Made by a program: the position numbers and the translations under genes
NCBI RefSeq assembly: GCF_001194135.2
Contig: NC_068989.1
Span: 42,605,726-42,648,114 of the forward strand
Direction of reading: 5' to 3'
From: Octopus bimaculoides
Taxonomy: Eukaryota
DNA length: 42,389 nucleotides
Notes under the pieces: model-generated
What the model saw: the letters and a program-made list of their open reading frames with translations, nothing else
What the model was told of the DNA's origin: nothing
Database searches by the model: none
Shown: piece after piece, positions 23,100 through 34,314 of the stretch
How the letters are laid out: every line of letters begins with the position of its first letter
Position numbering within the stretch: the stretch's first letter is position 1

Positions 23100-23312
23100 G
23101 TTTCAAATTTTGCCTCAAGGGCAGCAATTTTGAGGAATGTATGAGTCGATTACATCGACCCCAGTGTTTAACTGGTACTTATTTTAGTGACCGCGAAAGG
23201 ATGAAAGGCAAGGTCGACCTCGGCCGAATTTGAACTCAGAACGTAAAGACGGACGCGATGTCGCTTAGCATTATACTCGGTGTGCTAATTATTCTGACAG
23301 CTTGTCGCCTTC
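23100..23312 (-). mobile_element. Family B (Meta-domain) SINE, full length
   Basis: Reverse complement reads GAGTTCAAATTC (B box), GGTCGACCTTGCCTTTCATCCTTTCGCGGTCACTAAAATAAGTACCAG (Meta-type domain), then GGGGTCGATGTAATCGAC. Confidence 0.9.
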
Positions 23313-23389
23313 ATGTATTTGGCAATAATAAAGTCAGCGTTCTGGTTCCTTGATGTGCTGTGTTTAAATCTACCTATAATGAAAACGAG

Positions 23390-23463
23390 CGGCGGACGGA
23401 CGAAATGGCGCTAAGCATTTTTTGCCCGGCGAGCTAACGTTTCTGCTAACTTGCCGTCTTAAA
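23390..23463 (-). mobile_element. Family B SINE head fragment
   Basis: TTAAGACGGCAAGTTAGCAGAAACGTTAGC..CCGGGCAAAAAATGCTTAGCG on the minus strand. Confidence 0.75.
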
Positions 23464-23644
23464 AATAATGATGATGACGATGAAGATGATGATGATGATG
23501 ATNNNNNNNNNNNNNNNNNNNNNNNNNNNNNNNNNNNNNNNNNNNNNNNNNNNNNNNNNNNNNNNNNNNNNNNNNNNNNNNNNNNNNNNNNNNNNNNNNN
23601 NNNNNNNNNNNNNNNNNNNNNNNNNNNNNNNNNNNNNNNNNNNN

Positions 23645-23848
23645 ACAGGCACAACAAAAACAGGAAGTAAGAGTGAGAGAAAGTTGTGGTGAAAGAGTAC
23701 AGCAGGGTTCGCCCCCATCCCCTGCCGGAGCCTCGTGGTGCTTTAGGTGTTTTTGCTCAATAAACACTCACAACGCCCGTACTCAGAATCGAAACCGCGA
23801 TCCTATGACCGTGAGTCCGCTGCCCTAACCACTGGGCCATTGCGCCTC
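23645..23848 (-). mobile_element. tRNA-derived SINE (family C)
   Basis: Minus strand GGCGCAATGGCCCAGTGGTTAGGGCAGCGGACTCACGGTCATAGGATCGCGGTTTCGATTC has A and B boxes and a tRNA-like anticodon arm, but no acceptor stem closure; a unique body follows. Confidence 0.8.
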
Positions 23849-25350
23849 CACTTACACGTATAAACAATACAATAATACAATATAATAACAACATGAAGCT
23901 GATAAAAGCAAAATGTGCCCAATAGAGGAGGCGTACCTTCCAGAGACTGCGAAGGAAACCCACAGGCATCACGTGGAGGCGCTTTTCTCCCATCCATTCT
24001 GTACAGTTTATAGGTGCAAGCTCAAAGTAAACTTATTCATTTGGGCCATCATCGCCACATACACCTACGTAACAACAAATGTATTGTGGAACAGCTTCTC
24101 TCATTCCAGCTTCACCTTCTATTTTAATTGGCCGAACAAGGAAGTGTCTCTTTTCATTACTTTCTGTCTCGTACACTACACAGTCACTTTCGTGAAAGTC
24201 ACTTAATGCCCTTCCCAGCCCAAGAAGAGCAGTATAATAATTTTTACAATTAAGCCTGCTTTTGCCGGATCTGTCCGACACGTAACAGCATGTATTGGAC
24301 ATATCTCCAAAAGTCAGCGTGCATCTTGGATATACTTGGCTGACGGCTCTACCATGTCTGTAGAATTGTTAATCCTGGTGGCAATGCGATGTCAGAGAAT
24401 TTAGTAAATTTTCCCTGGGTCCTAGCCGGAAAATCTTTCTGTGCAGACCAGCTAGTTGATTTTCATTGACTTATAGGTTTGCCTACAATAAATATTCTAT
24501 AAAGCTTTCACCTCTCACATTTCTCGACTTGTAGAGGGCTGCAAGCACCTGACAACATTTCAAATGTCAAGTACCCTTTCTCGGTCTTTGCTTGATCCAG
24601 AGCTGTAAATGTGTGAAACAAACGAGTTGTATGGAAAACCTCTCTTACTAATAGCGGCCACAACTCTTTACCCTAAAGGAATTATTAGAGATGTAACCTC
24701 ATCGCATGTCTGTGCATCATCAACCATAGCACGCCCAGCCTTTCACGTAGCAAGTGTTGACAGTAAATGGAACGCATGACCACTTGAAGAACAAAGCGCC
24801 ATTTTTGTGAAACGGAACGAAAGAAAAGACGTTCCAATCTGTTCAGTCGTAGATGCTTGATATGACGTAGGTGGTCTCCATCAGCACCCGACTTTTGAGA
24901 AATATTTTCAACAGAAAATTATCACCACAAACACAACCATTAGCACTAGCACCACCTCTGAGCTAAAACAACAGTAACAATAGCATCAACTACCACCCGA
25001 AAAGTAACCATCACAGCAGCTGCACAGTAACATAAACAATGGTAGGAATAAAGAATATAACAGAATATAAGAATACAACGTCTGTAGCAACAACAGCAAC
25101 AAAAGCAACGAAGATAAATCAATGCGTTTATTTTCTGTTTACTGCGACAATGTATGCGGAAATAACCATTAAAGAGATGGATAGTATCTTTGATAATGGA
25201 CACTGTGGCGGTCAGTAGTGTATGTGGTGGGGAGGAAGAGAGAGAAGGGCAGGCAGAGAGAGGGGGGGAGAAAAAAAAAGAACAAAAGACTGGAGAAATT
25301 AAAGAATGATACACAATGGAGATGACTGTTGCTAGCACACACACACGTGT

Positions 25351-25403
<53 letters not shown>

Positions 25404-26461
25404 TGAAGGGAAAGATCACTGAACACGTGTCGTAAAGGTTAATAGTTCAAAACTTGATCTCAAAACTCCCCAGAAGCAAAGGCATGCTATCAGCCTAAGT
25501 GTCGAAGCAGTTAGGTTTACAATGGAGGATCTACTGTCATTGGATAATGTATATGGTTCGTTTCTAATTAGTAAGTTCAGATTTGTTACGAGACACATTA
25601 AAAAAAAGATTTGCATAGCTAAGAGATTCTGGACGATTGATGTTCTAAGGTGGAAGGACTTGGCATAATGATTGTCTATGATTGCTTGAATATTAAACAG
25701 CCGACTTGTTATTGTCTCGGTGTAGTCCAGACTCTGCGCGTAGTTGTAACACTGTATATGATGTGTGAACAATACTTATTTTCCAGTCCCATTTGTGCTC
25801 TGCTGTCAGTAAATGTGGGGGATTGAAATATTATCTAGCTTTGAAGAAAGAAGGACATCCTTTAGGGTGCGATTCTCGATCTATTAATGATGTGCTTTTG
25901 CAATCAGATATCATCGATGATAATGAAGCTCAGAGTTTGGTGAAACGATAAGCGCTCCATCTGAATGTAGCTCTTATTTACGGAAAACGATAGAATTTTC
26001 TTATATGAGTAGTACTTCATTGGCATTGTACGTGCGTATGTATGTATGCATGTATGTATGTACGTATGTACGCGCGCGCGTGTGTAAGAATGTATATATG
26101 ACTGAATACAAGATAACTGCCTATTGACTGGCAAGGATCTACACCAGCACCACAAAGTAGGATCCACAAACACGCGGTTTCCTACTTTTGACTTTTCGCT
26201 TGATACTATAATGGCACTACTCCTCAGAACAAGTAAGTTGCGTAATATCTCACACAAAAGCCTCCAGTCCCAATCCTCCATCATATTTCCATTACCCTTG
26301 CTCTACTTCACATTCTATTCTCCACTTAAAACATTTCTTTCTTTCCTAGTTCACCCAAAATGTTACTCAATGGAACCCTTTCCTCACTACAGTAAAATTC
26401 AACGGCCATTTGCGAGTGTGTATGACTTGGCAACATGTACCATGTTTTCACTAATTGTTTA

Positions 26462-26660
26462 AGGGCCTGTGTAGTCGCAGACATAGGCATCCTCTCGACC
26501 CGCTCACCCTTGACTCAGTGGAACATCCAGAATACGACAGCTGAGTAAGTGGAGCAAAGGGAAATGAAGTACCTTGTTCAAGAACACAATACGTTGTCCT
26601 GTCCGACTCAGAAATCGAATCACCAAGCCTATGATGAAACGAACACTCTAGGCCATGCAG
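26462..26660 (-). mobile_element. Old CORE-type SINE fragment (family D-like)
   Basis: GCTGAGTAAGTGGAGCAAAGGGAAATGAAGTACCTTGTTCAAGAACACAA resembles 29698-29730. Confidence 0.55.
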
Positions 26661-28384
26661 CTTCACTTTCTCCTCTATTTAGCTTTTACATTAATTTAAT
26701 TTCTTTTTTGTTGTGTAAAAATATTGACCTATAGGTGTCCACACCGAACGTTAACCACATCAATAATACAACCCTCTCAAACGTCAGAGGCATTATTCTT
26801 CCCTTTGCCATCATCGTAAAAAATATATTCTTTATTGGCAAACAATTATGTTAATTACAAATCGTCAATAAACATATTTCTCAAATGCATAGCAATATCA
26901 ATGTTTATGATTAAATCTGTTTAGTTGCTGGCTTCACAGCTGGATTTTATATGATAGTATAAGTGATATCTCTATAATTATAAGTATCTTTGTCATCCTA
27001 CCATGTAATGCCATCTGGATAATAAAAGGTAAGCTTCCAGAGAGATCACACCGTGATTAGGTATTGATTCACAACAGTAAACATTTTTCTTCGTTCCCAT
27101 CATTAATGCTGCTGAGAAACGCATTACTCTATTACAATCGTTTTCCAAAATGAATGTTAGCAACCCAGTGGGTATCGAGATTACTTAAAGGGCTGCAGTG
27201 AGTAAAGGCATGTTTAAATTAGGAGTGATTTATCAACAAAATGTAAATATTGTATATTTTTTTACATTCATTTCAGAAAAACGATTTGTTCGAATAAACT
27301 AGCTATCACATTGCTAACGACACATTTACTTCCTATTTCAAAACATTATTTGAACTGTAAATAGGTTTCGATGCTTCATAGTGTAGTTATGATTTCTTAT
27401 TATATACCCAAGGCCATACTTTTGTGAGGCGAATTCACAACTAAATTGATCTACGTTTTTCACTGGCGATTATTTCATTATCTATACAGAATGTTGAAAG
27501 GCAAAGTCGAGACCAGCAAGATTTCAATTCATAATATCATAACTTCATACGCCAAAGCGCCCCTCTACATTTCTGCCACTCCACCATTCTCATTTAGTTT
27601 ATTAATGTCATACATGTTCTATTTGCTTATCTTTTTAAAGTTGGTGTATTCGGAATAATAACTGTGGCTTTACTTTATATATAGAACATTGCAAAGTTAT
27701 GAAATTGATAAATTTCCGCAGTAGTATATTTGTTGCTTTGCTTTCAACATTAAATCTCATATGTAGTGTTTGACTAAATTAGTTATTTTTCGTCTTATCC
27801 ATGTTCTTTTTATCGTGTATCCCTAAATAATCAACTCACTATTCCTGTTATAACCCTTCTATCCCTCACTTATTCCTTCTCCCTCCTCTTTTCTTTTCTC
27901 TCACATTCCTATAACTGCCTATCTTAATAAAGCATATCTCGTTCTAGCTGTAATTCATTGTGTTTTCTTTTAATCTTACGTGTTTTTGGCAGAACGACTA
28001 CTTTTATTGGAAATATTTGCAACCAGGATATTAATTATATTTTGAACCTTTCATTCATAATCGCTCATACTGGACACTTTTCTGAATTGTTCACAGTTCT
28101 TGAAGTTCACTCTAGTTCATAAAATTAACTGCTTTCTTATACAATAAGATAGAGACACGTCATATACTAAAGGGATTTATTTCGACATTAACTTCCTTTT
28201 TCTAATTTTGCACGCCATTCGATTGATTGTCGTAGCGTTGCTCACAAACACACTCCAGACTATGGCCAACAGACATGCCGTTTCTTCATTCTTTTTTTTT
28301 TTTTTTTCAGTTTCAAGGTTTCGAGAATGGCTTCTGCTCTCCATACTAACACACACACACACACACACACACACCTATATATTT

Positions 28385-28530
28385 CTTTCATATTATTTTC
28401 ATCTATTTACTGGTTTCAGTTATTGCACTACAGTCAAGTGGGGTGTCACTTTTGAGGGAGTTAATCTATCTTATATAGATCCCAGTACTTATTTTACTGC
28501 TACTTATTCTATCGAACCCAGTTTAGCGAA
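28385..28530 (-). mobile_element. Decayed family A SINE 3' fragment
   Basis: TTTACTGGTTTCAGT tail and CCCAGTACTTATT..TACTTATTCTATCG motifs. Confidence 0.5.
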
Positions 28531-28585
28531 TGGCTAACTTCCTTTTATACGCCAAATAACGCGAAGCTACACAGCCATTTACAGT

Positions 28586-29068
<483 letters not shown>

Positions 29069-29484
29069 CTGCGCCTAAAAATATAAGAAGTAGGATACAG
29101 CACAGATGTATTTCTCTTTTATGAAATAAAATATTTACATAGTCAACCGGTTTCGCTTTTGTTTCACAAACTACTAGTATTTTCATGTCTTCTAATAAAA
29201 TTCAAAAGAATAACATCGTTATAATCTCTGTACTAAGAGATTAGTGTTGTAACCAAGGCATTATGCACCCACATACTCACATACAACGTTCACATATACG
29301 ACATTGGATAAATAACATATATAATATTAGATAATCAACATATACGACGTTGGATAAACGAAAACTGTACAGAAGCACGTCGGGTTGACTGTTATTGTAA
29401 TATAAAAGATTCAGTTATGTCACAAATTTGTTACGCTGTTTATGTTAAAAGCTACATGTGTCTGTGGAATGGTCAGTCACTTAA

Positions 29485-29810
29485 CTGGCACTTAACTAAG
29501 TTAAGAAGACAAAGGTTCCAGTTGATCCGATCAACGGAATAGTTTGCTTGTGAAATTATCGTACAAGTGGCTGAGCACTCCACTGACACCCATACACTTG
29601 ACGTAGTTCTAAAGGAGAAGCAGCGTGACACAGATTGTGACAAGGCTGGCCCTATGAAATGCAAGTAGCACTACTTATTTTGGCAAGATGTGTGAATTGG
29701 AGCAGCGTGAAATAAAGTGTCTTGCTCAAGGAAACATCACGCTGCGGGAAATCGAACTCACGACTTGACGATTCTGAGCCGGATACCGTAACCACTAAGC
29801 CACACGCCTC
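29485..29810 (-). mobile_element. CORE-type tRNA-derived SINE (family D), full length
   Basis: Minus strand GGCTTAGTGGTTACGGTATCCGGCTCAGAATCGTCAAGTCGTGAGTTCGATTTCCC (A and B boxes), followed by a CORE-like TCCTTGAGCAAGACACTTTATTTCACGCTGCTCCA. Confidence 0.85.
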
Positions 29811-29829
29811 CATTGGTCAATGACTTATA

Positions 29830-30075
29830 CATTAAATCAAGAGCAGATAATTTATTTGATCAAACAACTGAATCCACTTTGACCCTCCGCAAATTGTCCC
29901 TACCTTCGAAACGCGGAGTAGATAAAACAGGGGACAACTGATGAAGGGAATGTTCTTTCTGTTGCCTGTCTCGTTTCTCTATTTGTTTCTTTCGTTGTTC
30001 GAAAATAAGTTCGTTTTCCATGCTTTTGTTTTTTTCTGATCTCGTTTCTCATTTTGTTCACGTTATTTTTTAACG
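29830..30075 (+). mobile_element. Probable Penelope-like element 3' end / pseudo-LTR
   Basis: LNQEQIIYLIKQLNPL* resembles a GIY-YIG C-terminus (E..I..L.P); hammerhead core motifs and a T-rich tail follow. Confidence 0.55.
29885..29950 (+). ncRNA. Candidate non-circularly permuted hammerhead ribozyme (this copy degenerate at the cleavage triplet)
   Basis: CTCCGC(29885-90) pairs with GCGGAG(29913-18) after GAAAC, and TTGTCCC(29894-900) pairs with GGGACAA(29931-37) directly before CTGATGA(29938-44). CCTT(29903-06) can pair with AGGG(29945-48). Confidence 0.6.
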
Positions 30076-31716
30076 TCCTATACCCATATATACATGTACA
30101 TATACATATATATGTAGGCATGTACATGTATGTGTGTATATATGCATATATGTATATATATGTATATATATATATGCATATATTTATATATATACATACA
30201 ATTATATATATGTATATGTATATGTATATACATACACACACACACACANNNNNNNNNNNNNNNNNNNNNNNNNNNNNNNNNNNNNNNNNNNNNNNNNNNN
30301 NNNNNNNNNNNNNNNNNNNNNNNNNNNNNNNNNNNNNNNNNNNNNNNNNNNNNNNNNNNNNNNNNNNNNNNNNNNNNNNNNNNNNNNNNNNNNNNNNNNN
30401 NNNNNNNNNNNNNNNNNNNNNNNNNNNNNNNNNNNNNNNNNNNNNNNNNNNNNNNNNNNNNNNNNNNNNNNNNNNNNNNNNNNNNNNNNNNNNNNNNNNN
30501 NNNNNNNNNNNNNNNNNNNNNNNNNNNNNNNNNNNNNNNNNNNNNNNNNNNNNNNNNNNNNNNNNNNNNNNNNNNNNNNNNNNNNATATGCATGTATGTA
30601 TCAATGTTTATTAAGTGAATTGTGTATAAAAGATGTACTATACAGGTTGTTTGTGAATTATACTTTTCTTTAGAGCAGCATGTAAAAGATATACCTTTTA
30701 AGGGAAGTGGCGAAAAAATTTTATTGCTAGGGGCATTTGTTCAGCTTAACATTTGCTGCTTATTGAGACTAGCTGAAAGTAAGATTCTTTTCGGAGCACA
30801 TACGCTACAATATGGTTTGTGGCTGTAATTACTGGGGAAGTCACAAACTCTATTGCAGCTGTAATAGCAGCGGAAACTGCTGAAAGGTTTGTGGATATGA
30901 ATAGCGAATCAGTTTGTACTCCAGTCTGTGCAGGAAAACGAAACCTGTGAGCTGTATAACTGGAATTAAGTTGTGATTACCTGTTGGTTGCTGTATTGAT
31001 TGCCATAATGTTGAGATATGAGATGTACTGGATCTCTGTCATGTTCGTGACTGTTGCTAAATGAGCTGCATAACTGGAGAAAACTGTTATATCGGAGTGG
31101 TTAAGTGAGCTGCATAGATGGTGGTGAGTCTGTGGAACAGCCAGCGCCGTTGATATAGAATTTTGTGAAGAAGCGAAGGAACTTTTTGACCTTCTTTTAT
31201 AATATTCTGTACCAAGAATAATTCATTGTCTGGATTAGTCTATTTCTTGCGTAACGTTAATAATATGGAATATTCAATCAAAAACATAGTACGGTTCGAA
31301 TCTGCGTCACTGGCAATCATCAAGAAAGCATTATTTTATCTTCATATCTTCTTTCATATGAAATGAAGCAAGCATGTACTTTCATACAAAGCTTACTAGT
31401 TGATTAATAAACTGCTAAATCCAGAGCGATTGTAGAATACAATGCTTTCTTTATCAATAAAAATAATGTTTTATGATATAATATAACATAATATAAAACA
31501 ACACAATACATTACAATACAATATAATATAATATAATATAATATAATATAATATAATATAATATGATATAGTATAGAATAGTATAATATTAATGGATTGT
31601 CAATTGAGAAAACAATCGAAGTATATATATTGAAATAATCAAATATATATATTTCCACCAGACGTAATTATGATTTCAGTAGACAGATGTATGTCGCTCG
31701 CACGCGCGCACACACG

Positions 31717-31775
<59 letters not shown>

Positions 31776-32115
31776 NNNNNNNNNNNNNNNNNNNNNNNNN
31801 NNNNNNNNNNNNNNNNNNNNNNNNNNNNNNNNNNNNNNNNNNNNNNNNNNNNNNNNNNNNNNNNNNNNNNNNNNNNNNNNNNNNNNNNNNNNNNNNNNNN
31901 NNNNNNNNNNNNNNNNNNNNNNNNNNNNNNNNNNNNNNNNNNNNNNNNNNNNNNNNNNNNNNNNNNNNNNNNNNNNNNNNNNNNNNNNNNNNNNNNNNNN
32001 NNNNNNNNNNNNNNNNNNNNNNNNNNNNNNNNNNNNNNNNNNNNNNNNNNNNNNNNNNNNNNNNNNNNNNNNNNNNNNNNNNNNNNNNNNNNNNNNNNNN
32101 NNNNNNNNNNNNNNN

Positions 32116-32195
32116 CGAAGTGATCGCAGAGCAAATGAGACGAAGTGCTTTGCTCAAACACACAACACACCACCTGGTCTAGCACCAGAAACCAT
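32116..32195 (-). mobile_element. CORE-type SINE fragment
   Basis: GAGCAAATGAGACGAAGTGCTTTGCTCAAACACACAAC resembles 29698-29740. Confidence 0.55.
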
Positions 32196-32201
32196 AATAA
32201 C

Positions 32202-32263
<62 letters not shown>

Positions 32264-32271
32264 TAATAATA

Positions 32272-32814
32272 ATGCAGTACCAGGCTGTGGCTCTCATGGC
32301 TTCTGATCGTAACTGATTGGAAGTGTTATCATGTACATTATTTTGTCTCGGTATAAAAGATGGTCTACAGCAAATATTTTGCTTAATACCACAGATTTGC
32401 TTGTCAATTGTTTGACCTTAACCAGCTGAGCATATCCCTCGGTGGCTGACTATATGTGCATCTCTGATCATAAGTAGTGGGGGAGCATCATAGCCATGTG
32501 TTGAGAGGAATTCTTTGGGGGTTTGAATAGTTTACCTTTGGAAACATGGGTGTTTTGGTCAACATCTTTAAACAAACCTTATTCAGGGACCTTTTGAGCG
32601 GAATGGGCTACTCGACCTGAAGAAAATTCTAACTGGGCCTCACCTGCAAGATCATGCGCTGTTAATCTTGATACGAGAGCATCATCTCACGCACATATGG
32701 TTGTGATGTATGTGCCTGGTGTACCCTTATCAGACGGGTAGTCATGATGGGTCTACTGGGCTTCGTATATTTTACCCCAGTGTCACTTTGATGGCATGCA
32801 CTGCTCTCTCACTC
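32272..32814 (-). mobile_element. Element X, apparently complete (about 540 bp), flanked on both sides by (AAT)n
   Basis: Second copy at 18864-19191; (AAT)n at 32195-32271 and from 32815; no long ORF. The strand is inferred from resemblance to R4-type 5' ends. Confidence 0.8.
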
Positions 32815-33032
32815 AATAATAATAATAATAAACAAGACCGAAAGTTCTGAGAAGTTAAGCAATAATTTTGATGATGATGATGATGATGATGGTAATAACG
32901 GTGATTACGATAATAATAATGATGTAAATAATTGCACATATGTATATAATTAAGTAATGATTTTATTGCCCTTAATGCATACTCTTATAGCTAATTCACT
33001 TGTTTATATTTTTGTCCTGATAGCACACTTTT

Positions 33033-33475
33033 TTTCTTTTATTCTTTTATTTGTTTCAGTCAGTTGACTGCTGCCATGCTGGAGCACCGTCTTTAGTCGA
33101 ATAAATCGACCCCAAGACTTATTCATTGTAAGCCCAGTACTTATTCTATCGGTCGCTTTTGCTGAACCTCTAAGTTACGGGGACGTAAACACACCAACAT
33201 CGGTTGTCAAGCGATGGTAGAGGGGGACAAATACAGACGCAGACACACACACACACACACACATATATACATATACGGTTGGCTTCTTTCAGTTTCCCTC
33301 TACCAAATCCACTCACAAGGCTTTGGTCGGCCCGAGGCTATAGTAGAAGACACTTGCCCAAGGTGCCACGCAGNNNNNNNNNNTAGAAGACACTTGCCCA
33401 AGGTGCCACGCAGTGGGAGTGAACCCGGAACCATGTGGTTGGTAAACAAGCTACTTACCACAGCCACTCCTGCGC
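33033..33475 (-). mobile_element. Family A SINE, full length
   Basis: A box, B box GGGTTCACTCCC, CORE-like CCTTGGGCAAG, internal microsatellite at 33241-33272 and tail. A 30-bp segment is duplicated across the 10-N gap (assembly overlap). Confidence 0.92.
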
Positions 33476-34077
33476 TTATATATGTATGTCCGGTTTCGTT
33501 TTTAATATCATGTAGGTATTTTTCATGTTTATGTTTTTTAAATGTTTTTATCGGTCTATTTCATTGAACTAATGTTTGAAGAAGAGTCTGGCTTCTTTCA
33601 GTTTCTTGTGAGAATTGCTAGAATGTTGCAGACATCCCAAAAACATATCTTAACAGAGTTGGGTGAAATGAAGAGAAGAATGAGCGAGGTACTTTACTTG
33701 CTTAAAAAGTCATCAGAAGAGACGCAATCTTTGATGCAAGATAATTGATTGTACAGCATCTCACTTGTGAGGTACAGATGCAGGATGAGTCGAAACAATT
33801 GTAGTGGTTTTGAATAAAGTATCTTGTGAATTCCATTGAATTCCATTCTCTGTATCTGATTATTTATATAAACTCCACGGACACCAAGGAATTCCTGAGG
33901 TAAATCCAGTAGCATAAACATCACTGCTGATATGGACATCAGATATCAGTTAACCAATAACAGTGGAAGTGCTTAAGACAGCATATTACAAGGTTCTCGT
34001 TTTTCTTTTGCATTTACATGTAGAAAATTTTTTCAGTGTTGATCAGTCGTAATTACATTATATTTAATATTTATCAT

Positions 34078-34236
34078 TAAGGCGGCGAGCTGTCAGAAAC
34101 GTTAGCACGCCGGGCAAAATGCTTAGCGTCCGCCAAGGTCGACATTGCCTTTCGAGGTCGATAAACTAAGTACCTGTTGCCTAATCGACTGGCTCCCTCC
34201 CCCAAATTTCGGGCCTTGTGCCTAGAGTAGAAAAGA
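34078..34236 (+). mobile_element. Family B SINE with internal deletions
   Basis: TAAGGCGGCGAGCTGTCAGAAACGTTAGCACGCCGGGCAAAATGCTTAGCG head; GGTCGATAAACTAAGTACC. Confidence 0.85.
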
Positions 34237-34249
34237 TCATTTATCATTT

Positions 34250-34314
34250 TTTTGGTGGGCGATTATCAAGTAGCTTTTAGGGGACGATGGCCTGGAAAAG
34301 GTTGAGAACCACTG
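34250..34314. mobile_element. hAT (Charlie-like) MITE right end
   Basis: Ends GGAAAAGGTTGAGAACCACTG (reverse complement CAGTGGTTCTCAAC). Confidence 0.45.

Noticed and set aside
23790-23848. tRNA-like sequences here and at 13123, 29750-29810 and 33400-33475
   Set aside because: These are SINE heads: no complete cloverleaf or acceptor stem, and they continue into repeat bodies.
26924-27300. Candidate exon ending at the strong donor AAG|GTAAGC (27029) and an acceptor at 27276; also an acceptor at 15061
   Set aside because: The frames are short, stop quickly when joined and give no recognisable protein.
29288-29360. 21-bp direct repeat ACATATACGAC(A/G)TTGGATAAA with a short spacer; also 15-bp units at 3646-3684 and 14-bp repeats near 12713-12766
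   Set aside because: Only 2-3 units in eukaryotic DNA, with no cas genes; these are ordinary slippage duplications, not CRISPR.
32700-32814. HDV-like, twister or hammerhead assignment for the end of element X
   Set aside because: I could not map the P1-P4/L3 elements or the twister pseudoknots by eye; CTGATAA has no matching GAAA and stems. Only generic stems are reported.
33344-33413. 30-bp direct repeat inside the SINE around a 10-N gap
   Set aside because: Typical scaffolding overlap; the other copies have the segment once.
33542-33939. Overlapping ORFs on both strands (coiled-coil-like 68 aa on +, 81 aa on -); similar case at 39382-39567
   Set aside because: No recognisable domain, conflicting strands, and lengths within chance expectation.
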